Notes: generated by a model from the letters alone, not told the origin. Shown: positions 47,900-58,704, numbered from the stretch's first letter. The stretch: 64,000 nt of DNA from an uncultured Rhodobacteraceae bacterium (GCA_947489445.1 CANLDN010000008.1:14614-78613); one strand, 5' to 3'. Made by a program: numbers and translations.

Positions 47900-47989
47900 C
47901 ATACACGCCTAGGTTGAATTGCCGATACGCTAGCCTTGCTGGCGAACTTGCTTTTGCGTGTTGGGACTTTCGGTAAGGGGACGAGTGAC

Positions 47990-49111
47990 ATGACTGTACG
48001 ACAAGGGCCGGTAGGGCCCGAAAGGCTCCCGCATTGGGTTCCGGATGCTGCCCGCCACTATCTGGTGCATACGGAAACCGGCCTGTCGATCCGGGCGGTG
48101 GCCCGGGCGAGCGATTGCCATCCTTCAACAGTATTACGTCAAGTGCGCCGTTTTGAAGGACGGCGTGATGATCCGTTGATCGATGCCGCGCTCAAGTCAT
48201 TGTCAACTCAGGTTTCTGCCCATGACGTTGACCAAAAAAGGGATAAGGAAACGATGAACATTGAGTGTTGGAAGGGTGAGCCAAGCGAAGTGATTGGCCT
48301 GACGCAGACCCGGATTGACCAAGAGGCACGGCGTATTTTGCGCAGGTTGTGTGAACAGGGGGCGGTATTGGCCGTGGCCCGCGAGATGGAGACATCCGTT
48401 GTTGTTCGCGAGACGGGCGAGGGCGAACAGCTGCGCACAGCCGTTGTGGATCGCGAAATCGCTCAGGCTATGGCACTGAAAGACTGGATCACTTGCCCAC
48501 AACCGGACGGACGTATCGCCCGGTACTTTATTACAAATACGGGCCGGTCCGCCTTGCGTCGCCTGACCGCCGAGGACGAAAATCGGGCCAATGGGTTCGC
48601 CGAATTGCGCCCTGATTTCAATGGTGATGCAGGCTGGGACATTGCCGCCATCGAAGGTATCCCGCGCGAACCGGCCCGCTACCATGCCACTGAAAGCCCC
48701 TTGATTGGTCTGGCCCGCCGTCGGGATCGTGATGGCCAGCCATTCCTGAAACGTGATCTTGTGGCCGCGGGCGAACGGCTGCGCGAGGATTATGAATTGT
48801 CGCAGGTCGGTATGGCCCCGGTCGAGAGTTGGGAGGCCTTTGTGACGGGCGCTGTCGTTGACATAGAGGTGGACGGCCCGCCGGGATCTGTTGCTGCCCG
48901 TGCCCGTGTGCGCAATGCGCTCACCGATCTCGGCCCTGGTCTGGGCGATGTGGTGCTGCGCTGTTGCTGTTTTCTTGAGGGTTTGGAACAGACCGAAAAA
49001 AAGATGGGATGGTCTGCGCGATCTGGCAAGATTGTACTGCGCATCGCGTTGCAGCGTTTGATGCGTCACTACGAAGAAACGCAGGGGCAGTTCGCACCGA
49101 TGATCGGGTAG
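47990..49111 (+). CDS. gafA: Gene transfer agent activation factor GafA-like regulator (N-terminal HTH + C-terminal DUF6456 sigma4-like domain)
   Basis: LPHWVP..ARHYLVHTE.G.SIRAVAR...CHPSTVLRQVRRFE.RRDDPLID; C-terminal ESPL..LARRRD.DG.PFL, AAGERLREDYEL and LEGLE..EK.MGWSARSGKIVLRIALQRL. guaA/lipA synteny matches that reported for gafA. Confidence 0.82.
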   Translation: MTVRQGPVGPERLPHWVPDAARHYLVHTETGLSIRAVARASDCHPSTVLRQVRRFEGRRDDPLIDAALKSLSTQVSAHDVDQKRDKETMNIECWKGEPSEVIGLTQTRIDQEARRILRRLCEQGAVLAVAREMETSVVVRETGEGEQLRTAVVDREIAQAMALKDWITCPQPDGRIARYFITNTGRSALRRLTAEDENRANGFAELRPDFNGDAGWDIAAIEGIPREPARYHATESPLIGLARRRDRDGQPFLKRDLVAAGERLREDYELSQVGMAPVESWEAFVTGAVVDIEVDGPPGSVAARARVRNALTDLGPGLGDVVLRCCCFLEGLEQTEKKMGWSARSGKIVLRIALQRLMRHYEETQGQFAPMIG

Positions 49112-49211
49112 GGCCATGTGTCGCGTGCAGGTCGGTTATGCAGATATGCGTGAGCGTTGGACATTGCCGATGCGTGACACTAGGTAAGGGGGGAGTTCAC
49201 CGGAGCCACCC

Positions 49212-50171
49212 ATGCCCACACGCGACCTGAAAATTCCTGCCCAACGTCACCCTGAAAAGCAGCGGCGCCCCGATGCGCCGCAGCCAAAGAAACCTGATTG
49301 GATCAGGGTGAAGGCCCCGACGTCAGAGGGTTACAAAGTCACTCGCGACATCATGCGTGAAAACAAGTTGGTTACGGTTTGTGAAGAAGCCGGTTGCCCG
49401 AATGTGGGCGAGTGCTGGTCGCAGGGTCATGCCACAATGATGATTATGGGCGAAGTCTGTACCCGCGCCTGTACGTTCTGCAATATCGCGACCGGAAAAC
49501 CGCCTGAGGCGCTGGATGTGTTTGAACCGGGCCGCGTGGCGGATGCGGTCAAGAAACTGGGGCTGAACCATGTGGTGATTACCTCTGTGGATCGCGATGA
49601 TATCGAAGATGGTGGGGCAGAGCATTTTGCACAGACCATCCGCGCAATTCGCCGTCAGTCGCCAGGGACCACAATTGAGATTTTGACCCCCGACTTTATC
49701 CGCTGTGACCCTGCGGTGCTGGAAATCGTGGTCGAGGCAAAGCCGGATGTGTTCAATCACAACCTGGAAACTGTACCTGGCCTTTATCCTCAGGTGCGTC
49801 CTGGTGCGCGTTACTTCCATTCACTCCGCCTGTTACAGCGTGTGAAGGAACTGGACCCGACGATGTTCACAAAATCGGGCATCATGGTCGGGTTGGGCGA
49901 AGACCGGCAGTCCGTTGTTCAGGTCATGGAAGACATGCGCGCGGCGGATATCGACTTCCTGACGATCGGTCAGTATCTGCAACCCACCCCAAAGCACCAC
50001 AAGGTGGATCGCTTTGTGACGCCAGACGAATTTGCGGCTTATGAAAAGACGGCTTATGGCAAGGGCTTCTTGATGGTATCAGCAACCCCATTGACCCGAT
50101 CATCCTATCACGCGGGGGATGATTTCGCGCAGTTACGCGCTGCCCGGTTGCAGAAGTTTGGGCGGGGTTAG
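49212..50171 (+). CDS. lipA: Lipoyl synthase
   Basis: [11 protein letters not shown] and CTRACTFC cluster motifs; FNHNLETV and [11 protein letters not shown]. Confidence 0.98.
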   Translation: MPTRDLKIPAQRHPEKQRRPDAPQPKKPDWIRVKAPTSEGYKVTRDIMRENKLVTVCEEAGCPNVGECWSQGHATMMIMGEVCTRACTFCNIATGKPPEALDVFEPGRVADAVKKLGLNHVVITSVDRDDIEDGGAEHFAQTIRAIRRQSPGTTIEILTPDFIRCDPAVLEIVVEAKPDVFNHNLETVPGLYPQVRPGARYFHSLRLLQRVKELDPTMFTKSGIMVGLGEDRQSVVQVMEDMRAADIDFLTIGQYLQPTPKHHKVDRFVTPDEFAAYEKTAYGKGFLMVSATPLTRSSYHAGDDFAQLRAARLQKFGRG

Positions 50172-51403
50172 GATGCGCGCGGCACGGTGTGCGCGTCTAT
50201 TCTGCCCGCATGAAGCTGTTTAATTTGCGTCTGTGCCTGGGTTGGTCGAGCGTATAGGAAACCTTGGCCCATTGTGACACCTAAAGCGCGCAACGTGTCG
50301 TGTTCTTCGATCTTTTCGATCCCTTCAGCAACGATTGTTGCATTTGTTTGTTTTGCAAAATGAACCATGGCCTGCGCCAGCGATTGTTTGGCTGTGTCGT
50401 TATGGATGTTCGAAACAAGATTGCGGTCGAGCTTGAGCAATTGAGCGCTGAGACCCAGGACGGTGCTAAGGCCGGAATAGCCTGCACCCAGATCATCAAT
50501 TGCGATACGGATACCGCGTGCGCGTAGTCTGTGCAGTGCGTCTGTCAGTTGTGGCAAATCTTCGATGATGTGATGTTCTGTCAGCTCAAGCACGACGCGG
50601 CCTGACAGATCGTGGGTGAGGATATCCAACAGGCGGGGGTCGCAAATGGTAGCTGGCCCCGCATTCAACGTCATGTAGATGTCATCGGGCAGATCAGGTA
50701 AATGCACCAATGCCTTATTGATCGCGGCGATTTCGAGTTCTCCCGCCATATTGGCCTGGGCTGCTAAATCGAACCATTTCAAGGGGTTTCCATTCAAACA
50801 TCCATTGAAACGGCTCAGCGCCTCAACCGCGACAGGCGTGCAATCATGCAATAAAACGATGGGCTGAAGCAGGGTATCAATCTGATCGGTATCGATGATC
50901 TGCTGTACCTGTTCGGCAGCAAGCCGCCGTTCTTCTGTCTTGTCCAGAAAGGCGTTCATCGATTTGGACGCCAAACGTGCAAACATGGAAACAACCTTAA
51001 GGTCGCGTTGATTCAAGGATGGTTTGGGCGTCTGCGAAAAGCAGCAAAACATGCCATATAGGCTGCCATCGCTGCGGCTGATTGGCACACTGATCAGCGA
51101 CCTGATGCGCGCGTCTTGCGTGAACCGCAAACCTTTTACAACGGGGTAGTCTTCGGTATCGGTGATCATGGGCGGAAGATCACCTTTGGCGATGTAGCCG
51201 CAGTACATTTCGTTGAGGTTTCTGCGTTCGCCCGGCTGGACAATCGCATGCGGTGTGTCGCTGGAGACATGCTGGAATTCGACACCATCCTCATGCGCCT
51301 CAGAGATGTAAGAGACGTCCATGCCCAGCAGGTCGCGTACCGTATCGAGCGCGTCCAATATCACCTGATTTGGTGCGGAAATTTGCGGATCCTTTTCAAG
51401 CAC
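50168..51403 (-). CDS. GAF + EAL domain protein (c-di-GMP phosphodiesterase)
   Basis: GAF ([22 protein letters not shown]) then EAL ([38 protein letters not shown]); GTG start. Confidence 0.88.
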   Translation of the reverse strand: MLEKDPQISAPNQVILDALDTVRDLLGMDVSYISEAHEDGVEFQHVSSDTPHAIVQPGERRNLNEMYCGYIAKGDLPPMITDTEDYPVVKGLRFTQDARIRSLISVPISRSDGSLYGMFCCFSQTPKPSLNQRDLKVVSMFARLASKSMNAFLDKTEERRLAAEQVQQIIDTDQIDTLLQPIVLLHDCTPVAVEALSRFNGCLNGNPLKWFDLAAQANMAGELEIAAINKALVHLPDLPDDIYMTLNAGPATICDPRLLDILTHDLSGRVVLELTEHHIIEDLPQLTDALHRLRARGIRIAIDDLGAGYSGLSTVLGLSAQLLKLDRNLVSNIHNDTAKQSLAQAMVHFAKQTNATIVAEGIEKIEEHDTLRALGVTMGQGFLYARPTQAQTQIKQLHAGRIDAHTVPRAS

Positions 51404-51484
51404 GTGCGATACTCCGTCAATCTCGCGCCCCCAGGGGCAAGAGATACAGGCACGCGCGTTAACAAGTTCTGAATTTGTTGAGAC

Positions 51485-51658
51485 TCATCTGCCTGACCGC
51501 AAACTATCGGCCGTCGCCCAGTCGGGCCAGTATCCCAGCCATTCAAGTCCGACGATCGCAACGCAGGCCGCTATGATTCCAAAGACCAGTTTGATCCGTG
51601 CCGCGGATGGCGGGTTTTGCACCCAGCGCTTGGCCCGTACCAGCCAGATTGGGTTCAT
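51485..51658 (-). CDS. Small membrane protein (57 aa), not in the ORF track
   Basis: Manual translation [57 protein letters not shown]; ATGA overlap with the hpt stop. Confidence 0.72.
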   Translation of the reverse strand: MNPIWLVRAKRWVQNPPSAARIKLVFGIIAACVAIVGLEWLGYWPDWATADSLRSGR

Positions 51659-52203
51659 GCCGCGTCATCCGTGAAGCGTACTTTGCCGATGAAAGGCAGG
51701 TTGCGATTGCGTTGTGCAAAGTCGATGCCATAGCCCACAACGAATTCATCCGGGATCTCAAACCCGGTCCAATGCGCCTTGAAGTCCACCTCGCGACGGG
51801 CAGGTTTGTCAAGCAGGGCAATAGACCTGAGCCGGGCAGGATGGCGTGTGTTGAGGTAATCGCTGACGTGTGAAAGCGTGTGCCCCGTATCGACGATGTC
51901 TTCAACGACCAACACATCGCGCCCCTCGATCTGTCCGCGTAAGTCTTTGAGAATACGGACTTCCCGGCTGCTTTCCATGCCATCGCCGTAGGATGAGGCC
52001 TCAAGGAAGTCCACCTCGACCGGTAGATCCAGTTCACGCACCAGATCCGCGATGAACACGAATGATCCGCGCAGAAGGCCGACCACGACCAGTTTGTCGG
52101 TATCTGCGAATTCTTCCTGAATTTCACGGGCGAGTGTTTCGATCCGGGCCGCGATGGATTTGGCGCTGATCATCGTGTCGATGACGTAGGGGCGGTGCGG
52201 CAT
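51655..52203 (-). CDS. hpt: Hypoxanthine phosphoribosyltransferase
   Basis: [27 protein letters not shown] and [11 protein letters not shown] motifs. Confidence 0.97.
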   Translation of the reverse strand: MPHRPYVIDTMISAKSIAARIETLAREIQEEFADTDKLVVVGLLRGSFVFIADLVRELDLPVEVDFLEASSYGDGMESSREVRILKDLRGQIEGRDVLVVEDIVDTGHTLSHVSDYLNTRHPARLRSIALLDKPARREVDFKAHWTGFEIPDEFVVGYGIDFAQRNRNLPFIGKVRFTDDAA

Positions 52204-52287
52204 GTGGACGTCTCGCGTGTTCGTGGGTTGATTTTTCGGGTGGAGTTTACGACATCCTTGGGTGAAGTCACCCGTGAAAGACCGTTA

Positions 52288-52731
52288 ATGCCGACCCATT
52301 CTGAGACCAAGACGCTGCCCTACACCGCGCAGCAAATGTATGATCTGGTTGCAGATGTGGCCAATTACCCGAAGTTCCTGCCTTGGACGGCTGCGGCCCG
52401 TATTCGCAGTGTTGATGATCAGGGCGAAAGACAGGTGATGCTGGCCGATCTGGTGATTTCGTTCAAGGTATTTCGCGAGACATTTGGTAGTCGGGTCACG
52501 CTGTGGCCGCAAACCCGGCGCATTGATACTAAATACCTTGATGGACCATTTCAACATATGGAAAGTCAGTGGAATTTCAAAGATGTAGACGGCGGATGTG
52601 AAGTGTCGTTTTATGTTGATTTTGCATTTCGTAACCGTTTGCTGCAAGGTGCAGCCACGATGTTTTTCAACGAGGCGATGCAACGGGTTGTGCGTTCGTT
52701 CGAGCGCCGTGCAGCCGAGCTTTACGGTTGA
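52288..52731 (+). CDS. Coq10/RatA-family START-domain (cyclase/dehydrase) protein
   Basis: YTAQQMYDLVADV..YP.FLPW, DGPFQHM and FERRA..LY motifs. Confidence 0.9.
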   Translation: MPTHSETKTLPYTAQQMYDLVADVANYPKFLPWTAAARIRSVDDQGERQVMLADLVISFKVFRETFGSRVTLWPQTRRIDTKYLDGPFQHMESQWNFKDVDGGCEVSFYVDFAFRNRLLQGAATMFFNEAMQRVVRSFERRAAELYG

Positions 52732-54098
52732 TGGGTGCGCGCGGCACCGAGGTTGAGGACCAGCTTGCCCGCTTTGCCACCGCGAATATTCTGGACGACG
52801 ACGCGCGCAGGATCATGCGCCTTTCGATCTTTGATTGGACCGTGTGTGTGTTGGCTGGTCAGGCAGAGCCGGTTGCGGAAATCCTGTTGCGCAAGGGCCG
52901 ATTTGAAGGGGGCATAGCGCAATCCACTGTGATTGGCGGTGATAAGCTGCCTGCACCCCGCGCGGCCCTGATCAATGGCGCAATCAGTCATGCGTTGGAT
53001 TATGACGATACCCATTTTGATCATATCGGTCATACCAGCGTGGCGGTTGTGCCTGCGGCGCTGGCGGTTGCGCAGGCGCATGGCAAAACGATGGTGGATT
53101 TTGTGGATGCCGCCCTGATCGGGTCAGAGGCGGCAGTGCGCGTGGGCACGTGGCTTGGCCGGGACCACTATCAGGTGGGGTTCCATCAAACGGCCACATC
53201 CGGTGCATTTGGCGCGGCCCTTGCCAGCTTGCGATTGATGGAGGCGACACGCCCGAAGATCGTCAATGGGTTGGGGTTGGCCGCCACGCGTGCTTCTGGC
53301 CTGAAATCCCAGTTTGGGACGATGGGCAAGCCGCTGAATGCGGGGATTGCGGCAGAGGCCGGTGTTGAAGCGGCGTCCTGGGCGATGGCGGGTATGACAT
53401 CGGCGGATTGCGGATTGAGCGGCCCCTTGGGCTTTGCTGAGACCCATCACGGGGTGCCGGATGGGGCGGCGTTTATTGGGCTGGGCGCCGATTGGCGGAT
53501 GAAACATGTCAGGTATAAGTTTCATGCCTGTTGTCATGGGCTGCATGCGATGTTGGAAGCGCTGGGGTCGTTGGATCTGGATGCGGCTACGGTTGCCGCC
53601 ATTCATATCAAAACCCATCCGCGATGGATGTCGGTTTGTAACAAGGCCGCCCCGCGATCCGGGTTGGAGGCCAAGTTCAGCTATCGCCAAACGGCGGCGA
53701 TGAAGCTGATGGGGGTGGAAACCGGGGCGGTTCAAGCATTTAGCGATGATGTTGCGCTGCATCCTGCGTTAGAGGTACCGCGCGAACGGGTCCATGTTTT
53801 GGAAGATGGTCGGCTGAGCGAAATGCAGGCACAGGTGTCAGTCGATCTGTTGGACGGACGTCGTCTTGAGGCATTTCACGATCTTGCAGCCCCGATGGAG
53901 TTCGACATGCTTGAGGCGAAGCTGAAAGCCAAGGGGCGAGCGCTGATCGGTGAGGATGATGTGACGCGATTGTGGGAGGCCGTTCATGGGAACAGCCTCC
54001 GCACTTATGTTGATTTGCTTGGCACGGCGGCCCCGGTTGGCTGGACCGACACGCTTGATCTGGCGCTTGAAGCGTTTGATTATCTAAGCGACTTATGA
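52731..54098 (+). CDS. MmgE/PrpD-family protein
   Basis: NGAISHALDYDDTH, GFHQTAT, GLKSQFGTMGKPLNAG and KFHACCHGLHA; TGATG coupling to the upstream gene. Confidence 0.9.
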   Translation: MGARGTEVEDQLARFATANILDDDARRIMRLSIFDWTVCVLAGQAEPVAEILLRKGRFEGGIAQSTVIGGDKLPAPRAALINGAISHALDYDDTHFDHIGHTSVAVVPAALAVAQAHGKTMVDFVDAALIGSEAAVRVGTWLGRDHYQVGFHQTATSGAFGAALASLRLMEATRPKIVNGLGLAATRASGLKSQFGTMGKPLNAGIAAEAGVEAASWAMAGMTSADCGLSGPLGFAETHHGVPDGAAFIGLGADWRMKHVRYKFHACCHGLHAMLEALGSLDLDAATVAAIHIKTHPRWMSVCNKAAPRSGLEAKFSYRQTAAMKLMGVETGAVQAFSDDVALHPALEVPRERVHVLEDGRLSEMQAQVSVDLLDGRRLEAFHDLAAPMEFDMLEAKLKAKGRALIGEDDVTRLWEAVHGNSLRTYVDLLGTAAPVGWTDTLDLALEAFDYLSDL

Positions 54099-55274
54099 GT
54101 TGAACTCGTAAGCGCGTTCCCCGTGTACGCTGATGTCGAGGCCGGTCACTTCGGTTTCGTGATCGACACGCAGCGACGTGATGGCACGGCAGATGAAGAT
54201 CAGCGCGACAGTCACGACGATTGTGTATCCGCCAACGATTGCCAGCGATCCAAGCTGTGCGGCCCATGAGCCCGCACCGAAGGCTGCAATCATAATTGTG
54301 CCGAAGATACCCCCAACACCGTGCACGGCAAAGACATCAAGCGTGTCGTCGATCTTGACCACATTGCGGATCAAAACCACGGCTTCCTGACATAGAACCC
54401 CAGCAACTGAACCAATGATCAGCGCCTCGACCGGGCCGACAAAGCCCGATGCCGGGGTGATCGAGGCGAGGCCTGCGATTGTGCCGGTGACCATGCCGAC
54501 AAGGGATGATTTGCCGAATTTGATACGTTCCCACAATGCCCATGTCAGCGAAGCGGCGGCCGCAGAGATATGGGTGACCGTCAACGCCATCGCAGCACCG
54601 CCGTCAGCGGCAAGCTGACTGCCGCCGTTGAAACCGAACCAGCCAACCCAGAGCATTGCTGCGCCGATCATCACCATGCCGGGATTGTGCGGTGGCTTGG
54701 ACGGATCGCGACGTGCACCAAGGAAGATTGCAAGGACCAACGCCGCGAGCCCCGCGGTTTCGTGGACAACAATGCCGCCTGCGAAGTCGCGTACGCCGGT
54801 GTCACCAAAGATGCCACCATCGGCCAGCATGCCGCCGCCCCAGACCCAATGCACAACTGGCGCGTAGCACAGCAGCATCCAGAGGGATGAAAACAGCAGC
54901 ACGAACCCGAACCCGATCCGTTCGACATAGGCACCGACGATTAGGGCAGGGGTGATGATCGCAAAGGTCATCTGGAACGCAAAGAACAGGATCTCTGGCA
55001 GGGTGCCGGACAGTGTGTCGGCAGTGATCCCATCAAGGAACATCTTGTCGAGCCCGCCCCAATAACCGGTGTCACCGGAACCGAATGCGATGGAGTAGCC
55101 AAAGGCGAACCACAGGATGCTCATCAAACAGGCGATGGCGTAGCAGTGCATGAAGACGCTGAGCACGTTGCGCGCCCGCACAAGGCCACCGTAAAACAAA
55201 GCCAATCCCGGCAGTGTCATAAATAGTACAAGCGCCGTGGCCACGATAATCCACGCGGTATCCGCTCCGTTCAT
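54093..55274 (-). CDS. amtB: Ammonium transporter (Amt family)
   Basis: PGLALFYGGL, FQMTFAIITPAL, DFAGGIVVH, WFGFNGGS and DDTLDVFAVHG motifs. Confidence 0.96.
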   Translation of the reverse strand: MNGADTAWIIVATALVLFMTLPGLALFYGGLVRARNVLSVFMHCYAIACLMSILWFAFGYSIAFGSGDTGYWGGLDKMFLDGITADTLSGTLPEILFFAFQMTFAIITPALIVGAYVERIGFGFVLLFSSLWMLLCYAPVVHWVWGGGMLADGGIFGDTGVRDFAGGIVVHETAGLAALVLAIFLGARRDPSKPPHNPGMVMIGAAMLWVGWFGFNGGSQLAADGGAAMALTVTHISAAAASLTWALWERIKFGKSSLVGMVTGTIAGLASITPASGFVGPVEALIIGSVAGVLCQEAVVLIRNVVKIDDTLDVFAVHGVGGIFGTIMIAAFGAGSWAAQLGSLAIVGGYTIVVTVALIFICRAITSLRVDHETEVTGLDISVHGERAYEFNS

Positions 55275-55419
55275 TGTCCCCTCCTAGAGATTGGGTTTTC
55301 CCATTGGCGGGGGTTAGGGCGGATTCGGTCTGCTTAGAAAAGTAGCGGATACTCCCTGCGGCGCTTATCTTCGCGGCATTTTTTGGAGTGCGTGATATGG
55401 GGGCGGGAATTTGCCCTTT

Positions 55420-55436
55420 TGCCTAATTTAAGGGCG
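55420..55436. promoter_or_regulatory. NtrC-like site upstream of amtB
   Basis: TGCCTAATTTAAGGGCG (TGC-N11-GC[A/G]); a weaker TGCTTAGAAAAGTAGCG lies at 55331-55347. Confidence 0.5.
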
Positions 55437-55908
55437 AAAATGAATCTACCGCATCCTGCAGGAGTGCCAGAGCGTGTTTTGTGGCTGCCTTGCGCACCTT
55501 GTCGCGGCCCAGCGGTCCGAAGTCGACGGTTTCCGTTTTGGAGAAGTTGGCGCTGTCCAGCCCGAAACAGACCCGACCTTCGGGTTTGTGTTCCGATCCG
55601 CCGGGCCCGGCAATGCCGGTGATCGCGACTGCGATTTGCGCATCAGAGTGGGCCCGTGCCCCCGCGGCCATTTCGGCAGCGACGGGTTCGGATACCGCAC
55701 CATAAGCGTCTAAAGTCTCGGTTTTGACGTCAAGCATCTGTTGTTTGGCCGCGTTCGTGTAGGTGACAAACGTCCGATCGAAGATCGCCGAGCTGCCAGC
55801 AATATCGGTGATAGCCGCACTCACCATACCGCCTGTGCAGCTTTCTGCCGTGGCGATCATGATGCCTTTGGCTTTGGCGGTTTCCAAAAGGGTTTCAGCC
55901 AGTTTCAT
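55423..55908 (-). CDS. CinA C-terminal-domain protein (NMN deamidase, PncC-like)
   Basis: ATAESCTGG, GSSAIFD, FVTYTN, GAVSE and AITGIAGPGG motifs. Confidence 0.93.
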   Translation of the reverse strand: MKLAETLLETAKAKGIMIATAESCTGGMVSAAITDIAGSSAIFDRTFVTYTNAAKQQMLDVKTETLDAYGAVSEPVAAEMAAGARAHSDAQIAVAITGIAGPGGSEHKPEGRVCFGLDSANFSKTETVDFGPLGRDKVRKAATKHALALLQDAVDSFSPLN

Positions 55909-56387
55909 AGCAGGTGGTACAGCCCGCCAAGACCGATGACGCCAAGTGCTGCGAAAACGCCCGCGATCACGTCATCCAGCATAACACCGGTTGGACCGTG
56001 CATTCGGTCAGCCCAGCCGATTGGCCCCCATTTGGTTATATCAAAGAGCCGGAACAGCAGGAATGCCGCGATCCAGCCGGGCCAGAGTGCGGTGATATCG
56101 CTGGCGGTATAATAAGCCCCGAATGCGACGGGCAACAGTGCGATCCACTGGCCGCAGACCTCGTCAATCACAATCTCTGATGGATCATGGTCGTCTTTGC
56201 CGCGCGTTTCTTCGGCTGTGGCCCAGACGCCGACGAAGTAGGACAGAATTGCTCCGGCGACCAATCCCCATGGGCCGGTTAGGACGTAGATGACCCACGC
56301 GACGGGCAGGGCCGCCAGCGACCCCCATGTGCCGGGGGCAGGGCGCAGGTGTCCTGCATAAAAGAAGGTGGCGATCAGATGGGTCAT
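55905..56387 (-). CDS. pgpA: Phosphatidylglycerophosphatase A
   Basis: [27 protein letters not shown] and [10 protein letters not shown] motifs. Confidence 0.95.
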   Translation of the reverse strand: MTHLIATFFYAGHLRPAPGTWGSLAALPVAWVIYVLTGPWGLVAGAILSYFVGVWATAEETRGKDDHDPSEIVIDEVCGQWIALLPVAFGAYYTASDITALWPGWIAAFLLFRLFDITKWGPIGWADRMHGPTGVMLDDVIAGVFAALGVIGLGGLYHLL

Positions 56388-57535
56388 GGTTTTACCAATG
56401 TGACAGTTGCGATTGCAGCGATCCCTTCGCCGCGCCCGGTAAAGCCGAGCCGTTCGGAGGTGGTCGCCTTGACGCTGATCCGGGATGGATCAAGCCCCAT
56501 GATTTGTCCCATGGCGTTGCGCATGGCGGGTTGGTGCGGTCCGATCTTGGGGAATTCGCAGACCAGCGTACAATCGGCGTTGCTGATCGAATACCCCTGA
56601 TCAGACGCTAATTTGACAGCATGTTCCAGGAAAATATGGCTTGCCACCCCTTTCCATTGCGGATCGGACGGGGGGAAGTGCTGGCCGATATCGCCCATCC
56701 CCAAAGCGCCATAGATGGCATCGGTGACGGCGTGCATGCCGACATCGGCGTCGGAATGGCCTTGCAGGCTGCGGTCATGAGGAACCTGCACGCCGCACAG
56801 CCAGACATGATCGCCCTGTCCAAACCGGTGCACGTCGTAGCCGTTGCCGCATCTGACATCCATCATGCGTCCCATCAGTTTTTCCGCCCGGGCAAAGTCG
56901 CCGGGCGTTGTGATTTTGATGTTCTCTTCATCGCCTGCCACGATGGCCACGTCCAGCCCTGCGGCACGCGCAACGGCCACATCATCGGTGGCATCGCCGG
57001 TATTTGCCTGATGCGCGGCGAGCAGGGGGGAGAGGTGAAAGCCCTGCGGGGTTTGCGCACGGTAAAGGGTGCTGCGGTCCTGCATGCCGGTGACCTGATC
57101 GTTGGCCCCATGCCAGAGCGTATCGGTGACGGGTAGCGCGGGGGCGGCCCCTTGATGGGTCTGGAGCGCGGCCAAGACGCGGTCAATGGTTTGGACGGTG
57201 ACAAGAGGTCGCGCTGCGTCATGGATGAGGACGGCATCCACATGCCCGCCAAAGCCCTCAAGCCCCGCAAGGACGGAGTCCTTGCGCGTTGCGCCACCTG
57301 GAATGATTGCATGTGGTTCAACGTCGGGCGTGATGCCTGCCTCAAGATCTTCCGGACTCATCACCAGAATGACATGGTGAATGCGTGGGTGGTCGAGGAA
57401 TGTCGCAATGGCGTAGGAGGCGACTTGCTTCCCGTTAAGCCGCTGCCACTGCTTGGGGATTTCGCCGCCCGCGCGGGTGCCGCGCCCTGCTGCAACGATG
57501 ATCGCTGCGGTTATCAAATATTGGCTGTCGCTCAT
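56384..57535 (-). CDS. ispDF: Bifunctional IspD/IspF
   Basis: [37 protein letters not shown] and [17 protein letters not shown] motifs. Confidence 0.97.
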   Translation of the reverse strand: MSDSQYLITAAIIVAAGRGTRAGGEIPKQWQRLNGKQVASYAIATFLDHPRIHHVILVMSPEDLEAGITPDVEPHAIIPGGATRKDSVLAGLEGFGGHVDAVLIHDAARPLVTVQTIDRVLAALQTHQGAAPALPVTDTLWHGANDQVTGMQDRSTLYRAQTPQGFHLSPLLAAHQANTGDATDDVAVARAAGLDVAIVAGDEENIKITTPGDFARAEKLMGRMMDVRCGNGYDVHRFGQGDHVWLCGVQVPHDRSLQGHSDADVGMHAVTDAIYGALGMGDIGQHFPPSDPQWKGVASHIFLEHAVKLASDQGYSISNADCTLVCEFPKIGPHQPAMRNAMGQIMGLDPSRISVKATTSERLGFTGRGEGIAAIATVTLVKP

Positions 57536-57593
57536 GCGCTTAGGTGTAAGAGCAGCGTGGTTCAGGCGCAATTCGTCAGTTTTACAGGCGAAA

Positions 57594-57610
57594 TGCCTAA
57601 TAATTAGGCA
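57594..57610. promoter_or_regulatory. NtrC binding site in the ispDF/dusB-ntrBC divergent promoter
   Basis: Palindrome TGCCTAA-TAA-TTAGGCA (TGC-N11-GCA, AT-rich core). Confidence 0.7.
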
Positions 57611-57702
57611 TATGCCACTTTTTCCGAATTCCACGGTAGGGGTTTCGTTGTGATCAAAGGGATTTCGACATATTTCAAAGGCAACGCACACCCTTTAGGC
57701 GA

Positions 57703-58704
57703 ATGACTGTTCATTTGGCAAACGACGAATCAATCATGCTGGACGATGTGGCCTTGCAGCCACCTGTCGCGCTTGCGCCTTTGGCTGGGATCACGGATTT
57801 GCCGTTTCGTCAGCTTGTGGCCTCTTTCGGTACGGGTTGGGTCGTGAGCGAGATGGTGGCCAGCCAGGAAATGGTGCAGGCCAAGCCCGGCGTGCGCGAG
57901 CGGGCCGAACTAGGGTTCGATCAGGCCGGAACGGCGGTGCAGATTGCCGGGCGCGAGGCGCATTGGATGGCAGAGGCCGCCCGGATGGTCGAGGCCAACG
58001 GTGCTGCGATGATCGATATCAACATGGGCTGTCCCGCCAAGAAGGTAACGAATGACTATTCGGGGTCGGCCCTGTTGCGGACGCCCGACCATGCCCTGAC
58101 CCTGATCGAGGCGGTTGTGAATGCAGTCAATGTGCCCGTGACGCTGAAAACGCGCCTTGGGTGGGATGATGATTGCCTGAACGCGGCAGATGTAGCGAAG
58201 CGGGCAGAGGCGGCGGGGATAAGGTTGGTCACGATCCATGGTCGCACACGCTGTCAGTTCTATAAGGGTTCAGCCGATTGGGCGGCGATCCGGGCCGTGA
58301 AGGATGCCGTCAGTATCCCGGTCATTGCGAATGGTGACATCGTGGATGCGCCAACGGCCCGCACCGCGTTACGTTTGTCAGCAGCAGACGGCGTGATGAT
58401 TGGACGGGGCGCGCAGGGCAGACCTTGGCTGTTGGCGCAAGTGGCCGCTGATTTGCATGGAACAAAAGCCCCTTCGGTGCCGCAGGGCCATGAACTGATC
58501 GAAATGGTGTGCAGGCACTACGAGGCGATGTTGTCGTTCTATGGCCAGGAACTGGGTCGCAAAGTCGCGCGCAAGCATTTGGGCTGGTATATGGATGACG
58601 CCGATACGCCGCCCGTATTGCGTAAGGCAATCCTGACGCATGTCAGCCCGCACCATGTGCTGCGGGATTTGCCAGAGGCGCTGACGCTGCAGGTGGCCGC
58701 GTGA
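57703..58704 (+). CDS. dusB: tRNA-dihydrouridine synthase B (NifR3)
   Basis: LAPLAGITD, DINMGCPAKKV, HGRTR.Q and ANGDI motifs; first gene of the ntrBC operon. Confidence 0.96.
   Translation: MTVHLANDESIMLDDVALQPPVALAPLAGITDLPFRQLVASFGTGWVVSEMVASQEMVQAKPGVRERAELGFDQAGTAVQIAGREAHWMAEAARMVEANGAAMIDINMGCPAKKVTNDYSGSALLRTPDHALTLIEAVVNAVNVPVTLKTRLGWDDDCLNAADVAKRAEAAGIRLVTIHGRTRCQFYKGSADWAAIRAVKDAVSIPVIANGDIVDAPTARTALRLSAADGVMIGRGAQGRPWLLAQVAADLHGTKAPSVPQGHELIEMVCRHYEAMLSFYGQELGRKVARKHLGWYMDDADTPPVLRKAILTHVSPHHVLRDLPEALTLQVAA

Noticed and set aside
52288-52731. RatA as a toxin-antitoxin toxin
   Set aside because: No RatB/RnfH partner follows; in alphaproteobacteria this is the Coq10-like ubiquinone-binding START protein.
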